Part shown: positions 1-9,531 of the stretch, piece after piece
Layout of the letters: each line of letters opens with the position of its first letter
How positions within the stretch are numbered: the first letter of the stretch is position 1
From: an archaeon
Lineage (GTDB): Archaea; Methanobacteriota_B; Thermococci; Methanofastidiosales; NM3
NCBI GenBank assembly: GCA_004212155.1
Contig: RXIG01000013.1
Location: 1 to 54,671, forward strand
Direction: 5' to 3'
Length of the DNA: 54,671 nt
Translations under genes and position numbers: made by a program
The notes under the pieces: generated by a model
What the model saw: the letters and a program-made list of their open reading frames with translations, nothing else
What the model was told of the DNA's origin: nothing
Databases searched by the model: none

Positions 1-464
1 ATACCCGCCTTAAGCGACGTGGGCACCACGTTCACGATCTTCTTGGCACCGCCTGTGAATGCCATGACCAAGAATATGATGGCCATTAATGCCTGCAGAG
101 CACACATTGCCTGTATGGCTTCAACCTTGCTAGCATCAGTCGCATATGTGGCAACAAAGGACATGTACAACGGTATGCCTGCGGTGATCCATCCAGCCAT
201 ACTCGGATCGCCGAAGCTGGTGTGCAACAGGTACATAAAGTTGTTGATAATGACCATAGTCAGACCGACTTCATAGCTGATGCCAAATGAAGCCTGCATA
301 GCTGCAATGACGCCCATAGGTACGACACAGAGAATAGCACCCTGGATAAAGTCCGGCCACTCCCACGGATAGTGGATGAAAGGCAGACGCAGGCGCAGAG
401 AACCGCCCCAGTAAGGCTGTTCCGACTCTCCGGGTTCTCTTTCTTTTCCTATATACCAACGCAT
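1..464 (-). CDS. Multi-pass membrane transporter, NCS2/SLC23-like permease (partial, runs off the window edge); paralog of 954-2423
   Basis: Not in the ORF track. The reverse strand from ATG at 464 reads MRWYIGKEREPGESEQPYWGGSLRLRLPFIHYPWEWPDFIQGAILCVVPMG..., almost identical to the N-terminus of the neighbouring gene. The frame is open to position 1. The family call is tentative. Confidence 0.85.
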   Translation of the reverse strand, partial: MRWYIGKEREPGESEQPYWGGSLRLRLPFIHYPWEWPDFIQGAILCVVPMGVIAAMQASFGISYEVGLTMVIINNFMYLLHTSFGDPSMAGWITAGIPLYMSFVATYATDASKVEAIQAMCALQALMAIIFLVMAFTGGAKKIVNVVPTSLKAG

Positions 465-566
465 AGTATTGTTTCCCCCCTATTATTTTTTCAGCTTAGT
501 GTATCTTCGCTTTTTTGCAAAGCTGACGATACGTAAATAGCTGATTAACGTGATTTCCTAATTCTA

Positions 567-586
567 CGTATATAAGCGTTTCGGTA
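567..586 (-). promoter_or_regulatory. BRE-TATA promoter of the first permease gene
   Basis: The reverse strand reads TACCGAAACG-CTTATATACG, with the same layout as 2488-2507 upstream of the paralog. Confidence 0.6.
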
Positions 587-953
587 TATTTTTCTCTATA
601 TAAGGGTTATATGCATAATTATTATTTTACATTTTATTCTACTTATTTATTATTTCATGAATATATTTTTGTTATATGTGGCATTATATGATATTAATAT
701 ATATTATTCAATTATTTATAGAATTAAATTTATAATTTTTTATTAATTATAAAATTCTTATATGAATACATTATTAAGAATATTATTCATATTTATCGGA
801 TATTATTTTACAATTTGTAAACTTTGTCCCCCGACAAGACAGCCCTCATGCCCTTGTTTTAAAAAAGTTGTGTCAGGCATCCTACGATGTGTAAGAACCG
901 TCCCTATTATACCAAGGGAATGATTAATAAATAAGTAAAAATGAGAAGTATTT

Positions 954-2423
954 CTACTTCTCTGGAGTGACATTCTCTTCAGGAGTTTCTTCTTCTTGAA
1001 GCCTATCTGATTTCTTCTTCCCAGTTGTGCCCCATACAAGAGCAAGGTAGAAGAGGACACCCATGAGCAGAGCCCAGGTCGCACCACGTGTCGCGAGGAT
1101 ACCGCCAGTCATGCCTGCGATACCGCGCTCAATATTGGTCGTCACCATCTCCATGGCCAAATAGGTACAGAGGTACCCCTGAATGGCCATCGTGAGGCCG
1201 AAGCCGTATGGGAGTGCCGGTTTCACTGCGAGCACGATCGGGTAGACGAGCATGATGGATGCCATACCCCAGTACATGCCTGTTGCACCGCCCCAGTACG
1301 AGTAGAACTCTTCTGGTTTGGAGTTCTTGAACCTGTTGACGACAAGCGCCTGTCCTGCTGTCCACTGTGGACCGCATAGTGGCAGATATGGCCATATCAG
1401 TGCTTTTATCAGGTTGCGAATGCCGACCCAGAAGTTCGTCCTGTTGGGGTCGATGATGACGAGTTCGTCCTTTCGGGCATCGTTTGCCTCATCGATGATG
1501 GCCTGCGCGACAAGGATGTCGCCGAATGCAAGGATGTATGCAACGATAGCTGTAGAGATTGCACCCACAAACATCGATGCTGATGGCCACCCTATCACGA
1601 ATGGTGACATAGCGTTATAGGTTTCACTTACGTGGGGCACGAAGACCCATCCACTGTCGAAGACGCCCGTTGGTTGGGGCACCTCTCCAAGTGCGAGACC
1701 GATGATGTAGCCGATGATGAACGTCGGGGCGATACCATATTTAGCTATCCATGCGAACCATTTGTGTTCTTTTCTATAAGCAATAGCTCGAGGCGACCAC
1801 AAGATGAAGAACGATAGCACCACTGCGATTAAGAACGAGACCGATATGGGGCCGATTCCGAGTTCCGGCGACCACTTGGCGACGCCGTTTTGGATACCGT
1901 TGCTGTTGTTTTCCCACGTCCTGATGATGGCAGCGATACCTGCACCAAGCAGGATGCCAGCCTTGATGGATGTGGGAACAATTTCTGCAACTTTTTTTGC
2001 TCCACCACTAAATGCCATTCCAAGAAATAGTACTGCCATCAATAACTGCAATGCGCACAATGCTTGTATGGCCCCTGAATTAATACCGCTCCCAGGCGTG
2101 GCATAATCTGCTACGAACGCCATGTAGAGGGGTATACCCGACGTAATCCATCCCGCCAGCGTGGGATCACCAAAGCTGGTGTGCAATAAATACATAAAAT
2201 TGTTGATAATGACCATAGTGAGTCCCATTTCGTATGTCACGCCGAGGGATGCCTGCATTGCCGCGATAACACCCATTGGCACCACACAGAGGATGGCTCC
2301 TTCAACGAACTCAGGCCATTCCCACGGGTAGTGGATGAACGGAAGTCGAAGTCGCAACGAACCTCCCCAGTAAGGCTGTTCCGACTCTCCGGGTTCTCTT
2401 TCCTTACCGATATACCATCGCAT
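954..2423 (-). CDS. Multi-pass membrane transporter, NCS2/SLC23-like permease of unknown substrate
   Basis: About 489 aa with many hydrophobic segments. ATG at 2423 follows an AGGAGG Shine-Dalgarno (SD) and matches the paralog's start (MRWYIGK). Confidence 0.8.
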   Translation of the reverse strand: MRWYIGKEREPGESEQPYWGGSLRLRLPFIHYPWEWPEFVEGAILCVVPMGVIAAMQASLGVTYEMGLTMVIINNFMYLLHTSFGDPTLAGWITSGIPLYMAFVADYATPGSGINSGAIQALCALQLLMAVLFLGMAFSGGAKKVAEIVPTSIKAGILLGAGIAAIIRTWENNSNGIQNGVAKWSPELGIGPISVSFLIAVVLSFFILWSPRAIAYRKEHKWFAWIAKYGIAPTFIIGYIIGLALGEVPQPTGVFDSGWVFVPHVSETYNAMSPFVIGWPSASMFVGAISTAIVAYILAFGDILVAQAIIDEANDARKDELVIIDPNRTNFWVGIRNLIKALIWPYLPLCGPQWTAGQALVVNRFKNSKPEEFYSYWGGATGMYWGMASIMLVYPIVLAVKPALPYGFGLTMAIQGYLCTYLAMEMVTTNIERGIAGMTGGILATRGATWALLMGVLFYLALVWGTTGKKKSDRLQEEETPEENVTPEK

Positions 2424-2487
2424 ATAATTCCTCCTATTCACGATCTGCCGTAATGTCGACAGAGGTGTAAAGCAACCTTTGAGGCGG

Positions 2488-2507
2488 CGTATATAAGATT
2501 TTTGGTA
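2488..2507 (-). promoter_or_regulatory. BRE-TATA promoter of the second permease gene
   Basis: The reverse strand reads TACCAAAAAT-CTTATATACG. Confidence 0.6.
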
Positions 2508-2693
2508 GATAATTTCTTAATTTGTCAAATTAAAGAATAATATTCATTAAGATTAAAGAATATTTATATTAAAATTACTATATGCATATTAATGGAGAAT
2601 ATTATTATTTTCTTTCTCAACCATATCATAAAAACAACATAAAAAATATTATAAGTATATATTAATACTACATTTCATATTTGGTGGTGTAAG

Positions 2694-3602
2694 ATGCACA
2701 GCAAACACATTGTATCCCTCGTACTGCTCATCATGGTCATCGCTACGTTGCCCGTAAGCATTGCCCAGGAAGATGTAGACGTACTCTTTGACCTCTCTAA
2801 AGAGCATGATGCGACATATGGCAATCCTATCGTACAGTCGGATAGGTTATGCTCCTCCCTTGCCGATGACGGCATAACGTATGGATTCATTGAAGAAGAT
2901 GAAACTCTGTCCCTCGCATCTCTTGTCCGCGCCCGTATCCTGGTCATATGGGACCCGGATGAGATGTATTCATCTGAGGAAATGGAGGCGGTACGCGCTT
3001 TCGTTGAGCAGGGGGGCGTACTCATATTTGCCGGCACGTCGTTTTTCGACACGCCTTCAATGGTATTTGACAACATCAACGAGCTTTTGGACCCATTTGG
3101 CATCCAGATGGTCCATGAACGCGTCATTGACCGGACGAACTTCGTAGGATGCCATTGCGGCACGACGCCTGTTGCCACCGTATTCGCACCCGACAGCTAC
3201 TTCTACAACATCGAGGAGATCGCTTTGAGCCACTCGTGCTACCTGGAAGTAGAAGAGAACGTGACCGTCCTCGTGAAGGGGGACGATGACGCATTTGTTG
3301 ACAAGAACAATAATGAGGTCCATGACGAAGACGAACCGCAAGGCGACATCCCACTCATTGCTCAAACTGTGTATGGAGAAGGGAAGGTAATAGTGCTCCC
3401 TACTGAAAAGACGTTTGAGCGCATCTCGATTGGCAGGAAGGACAACATGAAGTTTGCTGTAAATCTCTTTGGTGACCTTGTTTCGGGCAGCCGCCCCACA
3501 GAGGAATCGTCGATCCCGATTCCATATGTGGTCGCCGGTATAGCTGTCATCGCGGTCTGTGGAGGGGCGGTGGTCATCTTCATGAGGCGCCATCAGAAAT
3601 AA
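2694..3602 (+). CDS. Secreted, C-terminally anchored DUF4350/GldG-like (glutamine amidotransferase-like fold) surface protein
   Basis: N-terminal signal peptide; 'VRAFVEQGGVLIFAG...INELLDPFGI' and 'GEGKVIVL' motifs; C-terminal PIPY-TM-RRHQK. Confidence 0.7.
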   Translation: MHSKHIVSLVLLIMVIATLPVSIAQEDVDVLFDLSKEHDATYGNPIVQSDRLCSSLADDGITYGFIEEDETLSLASLVRARILVIWDPDEMYSSEEMEAVRAFVEQGGVLIFAGTSFFDTPSMVFDNINELLDPFGIQMVHERVIDRTNFVGCHCGTTPVATVFAPDSYFYNIEEIALSHSCYLEVEENVTVLVKGDDDAFVDKNNNEVHDEDEPQGDIPLIAQTVYGEGKVIVLPTEKTFERISIGRKDNMKFAVNLFGDLVSGSRPTEESSIPIPYVVAGIAVIAVCGGAVVIFMRRHQK

Positions 3603-4452
3603 GCAATTCGTAGGCCTCTGCGAGGGTGACATACTCGACGTTCTTGTCGTGAAGGTATTCGAGGAAGGCGACGAGGCGCTGATACGTATGTGGTCCACAT
3701 GATTCCTCGATAGCCCCGTATTCTTCGGGAAGGTCGAAGTTGCATAGCTCCCAGGGGTGAAGTCCTATGACGACGATTGTTTCTGGGCGGTCATTTTGCA
3801 TATTGATGACATGTTCGAACGGTATGCTCCACTCCGTATCATGATAGTAGAATGGATAAAAGTAGTCCGGTGCGTTCGATGCTGGTATGCGAAGCATATT
3901 CATGTCCCCAACTTCAGTCCAATCGTCCCAGGAAGGATGGTACGGGTAACTATCGCCTTGATAACACGAGGCTTCCACCGTGTATCCCAAGCCTTCAAGT
4001 ATGCGTATGACTTCGGTGTCGCACGAATGCCCAGGGGCACGAAATGATGTCGGTTTGCTTCCCGTCACTGATGCAATGATGGCTGTCGCCTCTTCGATGC
4101 GTTCGACCTTTTCCTGATATCCAAGCGATGAGAGCGCGACATCATGGTACATGCCGTGGCACCCCACCTCATGGTCGTATGCGATCTGTTGCACTACGTC
4201 TGGATAATTCTCTGCTACATGACCTGTTACAAGGAATGTGGCGCGTACGCCGTGTTCCTCGAACAGTGATAGAAGCAGGGGTATTCCCTTCTCGATGCCC
4301 GAGCTGCCCTCAAGCAGCGGCGGCACGTCTCGTTCGGTATCGATGGTGAACACGACGTAGATGGGATCTGGTTCATTGACCCCGGAGGCGAACGCAAGTA
4401 GCACGCCTGCGACGACAAGCACCGCAATCACTACTGCATGCGACCGTTTCAT
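3580..4452 (-). CDS. Polysaccharide deacetylase (CE4/NodB family) with N-terminal anchor
   Basis: Motifs FTIDTE, RATFLVTG, HEVGCHGMYH, SFRAPG, LHPWE. ATG at 4452 overlaps the stop of the peptidase gene (ATGA). Confidence 0.85.
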   Translation of the reverse strand: MKRSHAVVIAVLVVAGVLLAFASGVNEPDPIYVVFTIDTERDVPPLLEGSSGIEKGIPLLLSLFEEHGVRATFLVTGHVAENYPDVVQQIAYDHEVGCHGMYHDVALSSLGYQEKVERIEEATAIIASVTGSKPTSFRAPGHSCDTEVIRILEGLGYTVEASCYQGDSYPYHPSWDDWTEVGDMNMLRIPASNAPDYFYPFYYHDTEWSIPFEHVINMQNDRPETIVVIGLHPWELCNFDLPEEYGAIEESCGPHTYQRLVAFLEYLHDKNVEYVTLAEAYELLISDGAS

Positions 4453-6215
4453 GACCTCTTCCTCCACAACAAGGCGATTACGATGGCCGCGACAAGCCCG
4501 ATGGGCGCATATGGCAGTGGCAGGCGCTTTTCGTCTGTTGAAAAGGAACCTGTATTGTTCTCTTCGTTCGATTCGACGATCCTGTCGCGAGGATCAAGCA
4601 CGTATGAGACGGGAGCACTCTGCACGTTCATCTCTAGGGGGGGCATGCCAGTTACCGTCATGGTCGACCCGTCTTCCAAGGTCACACACGCCTCGACGGG
4701 CAACACCATTACCTTGTTCGTAGGTTCGATAATCGCTGTCCCATCATCATACGTAGCTTCATATGCTATTATATCGGGCAATGAATCGCTTCTTAATAAT
4801 ACATCGAAGAAAGTATCGAGTTCCTTTTCGGGAATTCTGGTCATGAATTCGTTCTCAAACGTTGCAACATCGATGATGCCAAAAGTGTGTTTGTTGTAGA
4901 TGTCAGAGAGCGCATCGTAGAACTCATCAGACCCTACCGTCCATCTGAGCATGTCAAGCACGAGGGGGCCTTTCCAATATGCCATTACCATGTACTCGTA
5001 ATCGCTACCATACTCTTCTAGCGATCTGTCGATGATGTCAGAGATACCTTCTTTTCGCGCTCGATCGTACGGATCACGAAGATAGTTCTCATAATACGAA
5101 GTTCCGATCAGATCGCCATGCTCCTCAAAATATGCGAGTGTCGAGAGCTGAGCAAGGGACTCATCTATGAATGAATGGCATACCTGATCGTTACCCACGA
5201 CGCCATACCACCACTGGTGAGCGACCTCATGGGCGATGATCACCTCAAATATCATATCATGGGGCGATGTATAATACTGTTGGTCGACGAAGATGAGGTG
5301 GGGGTACTCCATGCCCGCAGCACCCAGGTGTGTTTCGGCGATCGAGAAGGTGTCATAAGGGTATGGGCCGAATATGTCCTCATAAACATACATCGCTTGT
5401 CTGGCCAGCTCGCACGCACGCACTCCTCCCTCCTCATGCCCGGGGAGATAGTACGAACGTATCGTCGTGGCACCGTGCTGCAGCGTGGCGACCTCATACC
5501 GCTCCGAGCAGCTAAAGGCAAAATCCCTCGTGTCCGGCGCTACATAGGTCGTGGTGAATGTGGATTCTCCCACGTCCTCGTCGATTGGTGTACCTGTCGA
5601 GGCGACCGTCCATCCCGTAGGCGCTGTGATGGAAACGCTCCATTGCGCAGATTCGGAATAAAACGGGTCCCCTCGCGCTGTATAGGGATGTCGGACCCAT
5701 CCCCCTTCTTTATAGGGGCAGACGAGTGGCAGGCAGTTGCCTGCGTATATAATGCCATCATGATATCCGAATCTATGAGTGAGGTGAGGCACTTTAATAT
5801 CGAAGTTGAGTTCGATGTTGACAGATTCTCCTGGCGTGAGGGGATCTGTGAGATCGATCCTGAGGAATGTGTCATCTACGACCTCGTACGTCCGGTCGAT
5901 GACATCGACCGTTATGTATCCAGGGTCAAACCCCTCCGGGTATGATACGCTGGCCGGTGCGATGAGCGGCGCCTCCCCTTCCTCATCAAATGCGTTGGGA
6001 TAGAGCGTAAGGTAGAGTGAATCCAGGGCAATGAGTTCTCTATTACAATATATTATAGTAGAAGTGCCCTTTATGGCGTGTCGTTCAGGATCGACCTCCA
6101 ACGTTACCTCATAGTGCGTTGATGATGGGGCATCATACGCTGCATATGCCATCGTCGGGGCGATTGCCACGATCAGCATGACGATTATCATGAGGGTTCG
6201 TGTGCCTGACATCAT
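4449..6215 (-). CDS. Secreted M1-family (gluzincin) zinc metallopeptidase with C-terminal membrane anchor
   Basis: GMEYP, HEVAHQWW and downstream E (FIDESLA), YWKG; signal peptide; CARDB-like 'DPRDRIVESNEENN'; PLPY-TM-RKRS tail. Confidence 0.9.
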   Translation of the reverse strand: MMSGTRTLMIIVMLIVAIAPTMAYAAYDAPSSTHYEVTLEVDPERHAIKGTSTIIYCNRELIALDSLYLTLYPNAFDEEGEAPLIAPASVSYPEGFDPGYITVDVIDRTYEVVDDTFLRIDLTDPLTPGESVNIELNFDIKVPHLTHRFGYHDGIIYAGNCLPLVCPYKEGGWVRHPYTARGDPFYSESAQWSVSITAPTGWTVASTGTPIDEDVGESTFTTTYVAPDTRDFAFSCSERYEVATLQHGATTIRSYYLPGHEEGGVRACELARQAMYVYEDIFGPYPYDTFSIAETHLGAAGMEYPHLIFVDQQYYTSPHDMIFEVIIAHEVAHQWWYGVVGNDQVCHSFIDESLAQLSTLAYFEEHGDLIGTSYYENYLRDPYDRARKEGISDIIDRSLEEYGSDYEYMVMAYWKGPLVLDMLRWTVGSDEFYDALSDIYNKHTFGIIDVATFENEFMTRIPEKELDTFFDVLLRSDSLPDIIAYEATYDDGTAIIEPTNKVMVLPVEACVTLEDGSTMTVTGMPPLEMNVQSAPVSYVLDPRDRIVESNEENNTGSFSTDEKRLPLPYAPIGLVAAIVIALLWRKRS

Positions 6216-6623
6216 ACAATGCTTACCAATTGATTATTTATAAACTACATGGCCTGTCCGTCGGGCGTTGCACAAAAATTCCTATATTCTTTCTGTGCAT
6301 TGCACACAATGCATATTGGCGCGTATGCTGGATGCAATCTGACTTCTTCGATCTTTTCCTTACGTATTGGAAAATGTTTTTTACCATTTTACAGGCATCG
6401 TTCACATCATCTGCCACACAATGTCGCCCGGCGCGCATGTTAAGCACTTAAGATATGAACTAGATACATATGCATAAATTGTATGTGTAGGCTAATACGT
6501 ATAACAATTGAGGATATGCACGGCCCTATAGGCATGCATTATGTGTATTATTGCTTGGCGCTACCTTGTGAACAAGGTTCATCATTGGGTAAATATTTTA
6601 TTGCATAATCGCTAAGGTGGCAT

Positions 6624-7499
6624 ATGCGCATAGTCTTTCTGGGCACGGCGAGCTCCAAACCCACCACCGATCGCAACGTGTCAAGCATCGCCCTGCACTA
6701 CCGCGGAGACATCGTCCTCTTCGATTGTGGCGAGGGAACGCAACGCCAGATGGTTCGCAGGGTCAAGCAGTCGCGGATATCCAAGATATGCGTTACGCAC
6801 TTCCATGGCGACCATTACCTCGGGATCCCTGGTCTTCTCATGACGATGTCGCTCAACGGCCGTAGACGTCCGCTCTACATATACGGGCCGCCAGGCACGG
6901 CCACGTTTCTCTCCCATCTCCTCCATTCCGGCTATATGGATGTTGGATTCGATGTGCGTGTCGAAGAGGTATACGATACGATGATACCGTGCAAAGGGTA
7001 CTCGATCAGGGTTTTTCCCGTTGACCACGGTGTCCCCGCAGTGGGATATGCATTCATCGAGGATACGCGCAGGGGCACCTTTGACAGAAAGAAGGCGCAT
7101 GAGTTTGGCATCCATGGTGAGATGTTCGCAGAGCTTGAAAAGAAAGGTGAGATTACCGTTGATGGCACGAAAGTAACGCTTCAGGATGTGACAGGCCCCC
7201 CCAAGAAAGGCAAGATCGTGACATATTCGGGCGATACGCGCCCTGTCTCATTCCCACCGGAGACCAAAGGATCATCCGTGCTCATCCACGAGGCCACGTT
7301 CATCTCTCCAGAGGACCGTGACGGCACGTATCATTCAACCGTCAAGGAAGCCTGCGAAGCAGCTCGTTCGATGGAAGCGCCCCTCCTTGTCCTCACACAC
7401 CTCAACTCACGTTACGAGCCGGAGCAACTACAGCGGGCGGCTGATGAGCATTGTGACGATGCCGTGGTCGCATATGACTTCCTGGAGATTGAGATATAA
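6624..7499 (+). CDS. rnz: Ribonuclease Z (tRNA 3' endonuclease)
   Basis: FLGT..., DCGEGTQ, THFHGDH, exosite arm, YSGDT, HEATF, HST, LTH motifs. Confidence 0.95.
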   Translation: MRIVFLGTASSKPTTDRNVSSIALHYRGDIVLFDCGEGTQRQMVRRVKQSRISKICVTHFHGDHYLGIPGLLMTMSLNGRRRPLYIYGPPGTATFLSHLLHSGYMDVGFDVRVEEVYDTMIPCKGYSIRVFPVDHGVPAVGYAFIEDTRRGTFDRKKAHEFGIHGEMFAELEKKGEITVDGTKVTLQDVTGPPKKGKIVTYSGDTRPVSFPPETKGSSVLIHEATFISPEDRDGTYHSTVKEACEAARSMEAPLLVLTHLNSRYEPEQLQRAADEHCDDAVVAYDFLEIEI

Positions 7500-7591
7500 T
7501 TATGCACGTCATGCAAACGATAGGAACGACGGATACACACCTCTGTGTTGTGCAATAATTTTATATATCACAGAGCGTTTTTTCTCATTAC

Positions 7592-7607
7592 CAAAAACTT
7601 TTTAAAT
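7592..7607 (+). promoter_or_regulatory. BRE-TATA promoter of the ribosomal protein superoperon
   Basis: CAAAAAC-TTTTTAAAT about 140 nt upstream of the rpl3 ATG. Confidence 0.55.
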
Positions 7608-7747
7608 CACATGCCAAACATACGGTAGGCGCAAGAAATGGATAGGATTATCCATACCCTTATCGGGGATGTGGTGATGCATCATGTTCCCTGAGTTTAT
7701 CTGAAAAATGATTGTGTAGTATTTAGAAATAATGTGGAGGTAAGGCA

Positions 7748-8758
7748 ATGGGAAGCAGTAGTGGTCATAAGCACAAACCAAGGTCAGGATCATTGGCCTA
7801 TACGCCCCGTAAGCGGGCAAAGAGTCCTCTGTCCAGGAATACGAGTTTCGGACAGTCCGATAAAGTCAAACTCTTAGGATTTCCGGGGTACAAGGCTGGC
7901 ATGACCCATGTGTTGAAGCTAGATGATAGGCCTCACGCCATCACGAAAAACAAGGAAATATTCGTTCCGGTTACTGTAATAGAGACACCTCCTGTAGTGC
8001 TTTGCGCGATACGTGGATACGAATCGACCAGAGATGGGGAGAGAGTTGTAAGTGAGGTATGGGCCCCTGAGGTTTCCAAGGACCTTGAGAGGATCATGTG
8101 CGTACCAAAAAAGAAGCACGATCTGGAGGCCTTTGAAAAGCTCATCTCAGAGGGCAAGGTCACGTCCATCAGGGCGCTTGTCCACACACAACCGCGTGTC
8201 ATCAAGATGAAGAAGAGACCAGAGCTCATGGAATATGCAATAGGCGGTTCATCGCTTTCCGAACAGTTCGATTACTGTAAGAACAACTTCGGAAAAGAGC
8301 TCAAGGTCCATGACGTCTTTGAGGATGGTAACTACATCGATGTGAGTGCTGTATCGAAGGGCAAGGGATTCCAGGGCCCCGTGAAGCGTTGGGGTGTAAA
8401 GATACAGAGCAGGAAGACCAACGATGCCCGGAGACACGTGGGATGTATCGGTCCGTGGAACCCCTCGCGTACGATGTGGACCGTGGCAATGGCCGGTCAG
8501 ATGGGATTCCATCAGCGCACCGAGTTCAACAAGCGTGTCTTGAGAGTGTACTCATTGAATGAGAAGGATATCACGCCAAAGGGTGGATTCATCCATTATG
8601 GCGTCCTTCGTTCTGATTATGTATTGGTGCGAGGCTCGGTCCCGGGACCGACGAAACGTGTGGTGCGATTGCGCGACTCCTTGAGGACGCCGATGCACGT
8701 ACCGAAGGGCAAGCCTCAGATTACCCACGTATCAATGGCATCGGCTCAGGGTGATTGA
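7748..8758 (+). CDS. rpl3: 50S ribosomal protein uL3
   Basis: PRSGSLAYTPRKRA, GYKAGMTH, KGKGFQGPVKRWG, AGQMGFHQRTE; GGAGGT SD. Confidence 0.98.
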   Translation: MGSSSGHKHKPRSGSLAYTPRKRAKSPLSRNTSFGQSDKVKLLGFPGYKAGMTHVLKLDDRPHAITKNKEIFVPVTVIETPPVVLCAIRGYESTRDGERVVSEVWAPEVSKDLERIMCVPKKKHDLEAFEKLISEGKVTSIRALVHTQPRVIKMKKRPELMEYAIGGSSLSEQFDYCKNNFGKELKVHDVFEDGNYIDVSAVSKGKGFQGPVKRWGVKIQSRKTNDARRHVGCIGPWNPSRTMWTVAMAGQMGFHQRTEFNKRVLRVYSLNEKDITPKGGFIHYGVLRSDYVLVRGSVPGPTKRVVRLRDSLRTPMHVPKGKPQITHVSMASAQGD

Positions 8759-8760
8759 AA

Positions 8761-9531
8761 ATGAAGTGTAACGTGTATTCGCTTGATGGAAATGTAACAG
8801 GCGAGATCGAGGTGCCGATGGTGTTTAGCACCGAGTATCGCCCTGATTTGATCAAACGTTCAGTATTGTCATCGTTTACTGCCCGGATCCAGCCGTACGG
8901 ACCAAACACCCTGTCAGGCAAGAAGACAAGTGCAGAGTCGCTTGGCAAGAACAGGGGCATCGCGCGTCTTCCGCGCATGAAGTCGGGTCCGCGACGCGCA
9001 GCGTTCGTGCCGCAGGCCGTTGGTGGACGAAGGGCGCATCCGCCACTCGTCGACAAGGTGCGAAGGGAAAAGATCAACAAGAAGGAGCGCAGGCTCGCAC
9101 TCATGTCTGCCATCGCAGCGACCGCTGATACGGAACGCGTGAAAAGGCGCGGACACCGTATCGACAATATATCCTCCCTGCCCATCGTCATAGAAGACGA
9201 CTTCGAGAAAGTACGAAAGACGAAGGAGACAAGGGAAGTATTCAAGATCATCGGCGTCTGGGACGACATCCTTCGTGCGCGTGAGAAGAAGATTCGCGCA
9301 GGAAGGGGCAAGACGCGCGGTCGCAAGTACAAGAAGAAGAAGGGTCCTCTCGTGATCGTATCACGCAATCAGGGCATCTACTTTGGTGCCCGCAATCACC
9401 CTGGCGTAGACGTCGTCGAAGTTGAAAAGCTTTCGACAAGCGACCTCGCGCCCGGATGTGAGGCAGGACGCCTCGTGGTCTGGACCCGCTCGGCGATTGA
9501 AAAATTGAACACATTTGTAGGAGGCAACTAA
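8761..9531 (+). CDS. rpl4: 50S ribosomal protein uL4
   Basis: RPDLIKR, TSAES, GGRRAHPP, KIRAGRGK, LAPG motifs; operon position. Confidence 0.97.
   Translation: MKCNVYSLDGNVTGEIEVPMVFSTEYRPDLIKRSVLSSFTARIQPYGPNTLSGKKTSAESLGKNRGIARLPRMKSGPRRAAFVPQAVGGRRAHPPLVDKVRREKINKKERRLALMSAIAATADTERVKRRGHRIDNISSLPIVIEDDFEKVRKTKETREVFKIIGVWDDILRAREKKIRAGRGKTRGRKYKKKKGPLVIVSRNQGIYFGARNHPGVDVVEVEKLSTSDLAPGCEAGRLVVWTRSAIEKLNTFVGGN

Noticed and set aside
6216-6623. Small ORFs and TGCA-rich palindromes in the peptidase-rnz divergent spacer
   Set aside because: No SD or protein-like composition, and the palindromes are short; best explained as a divergent promoter region.
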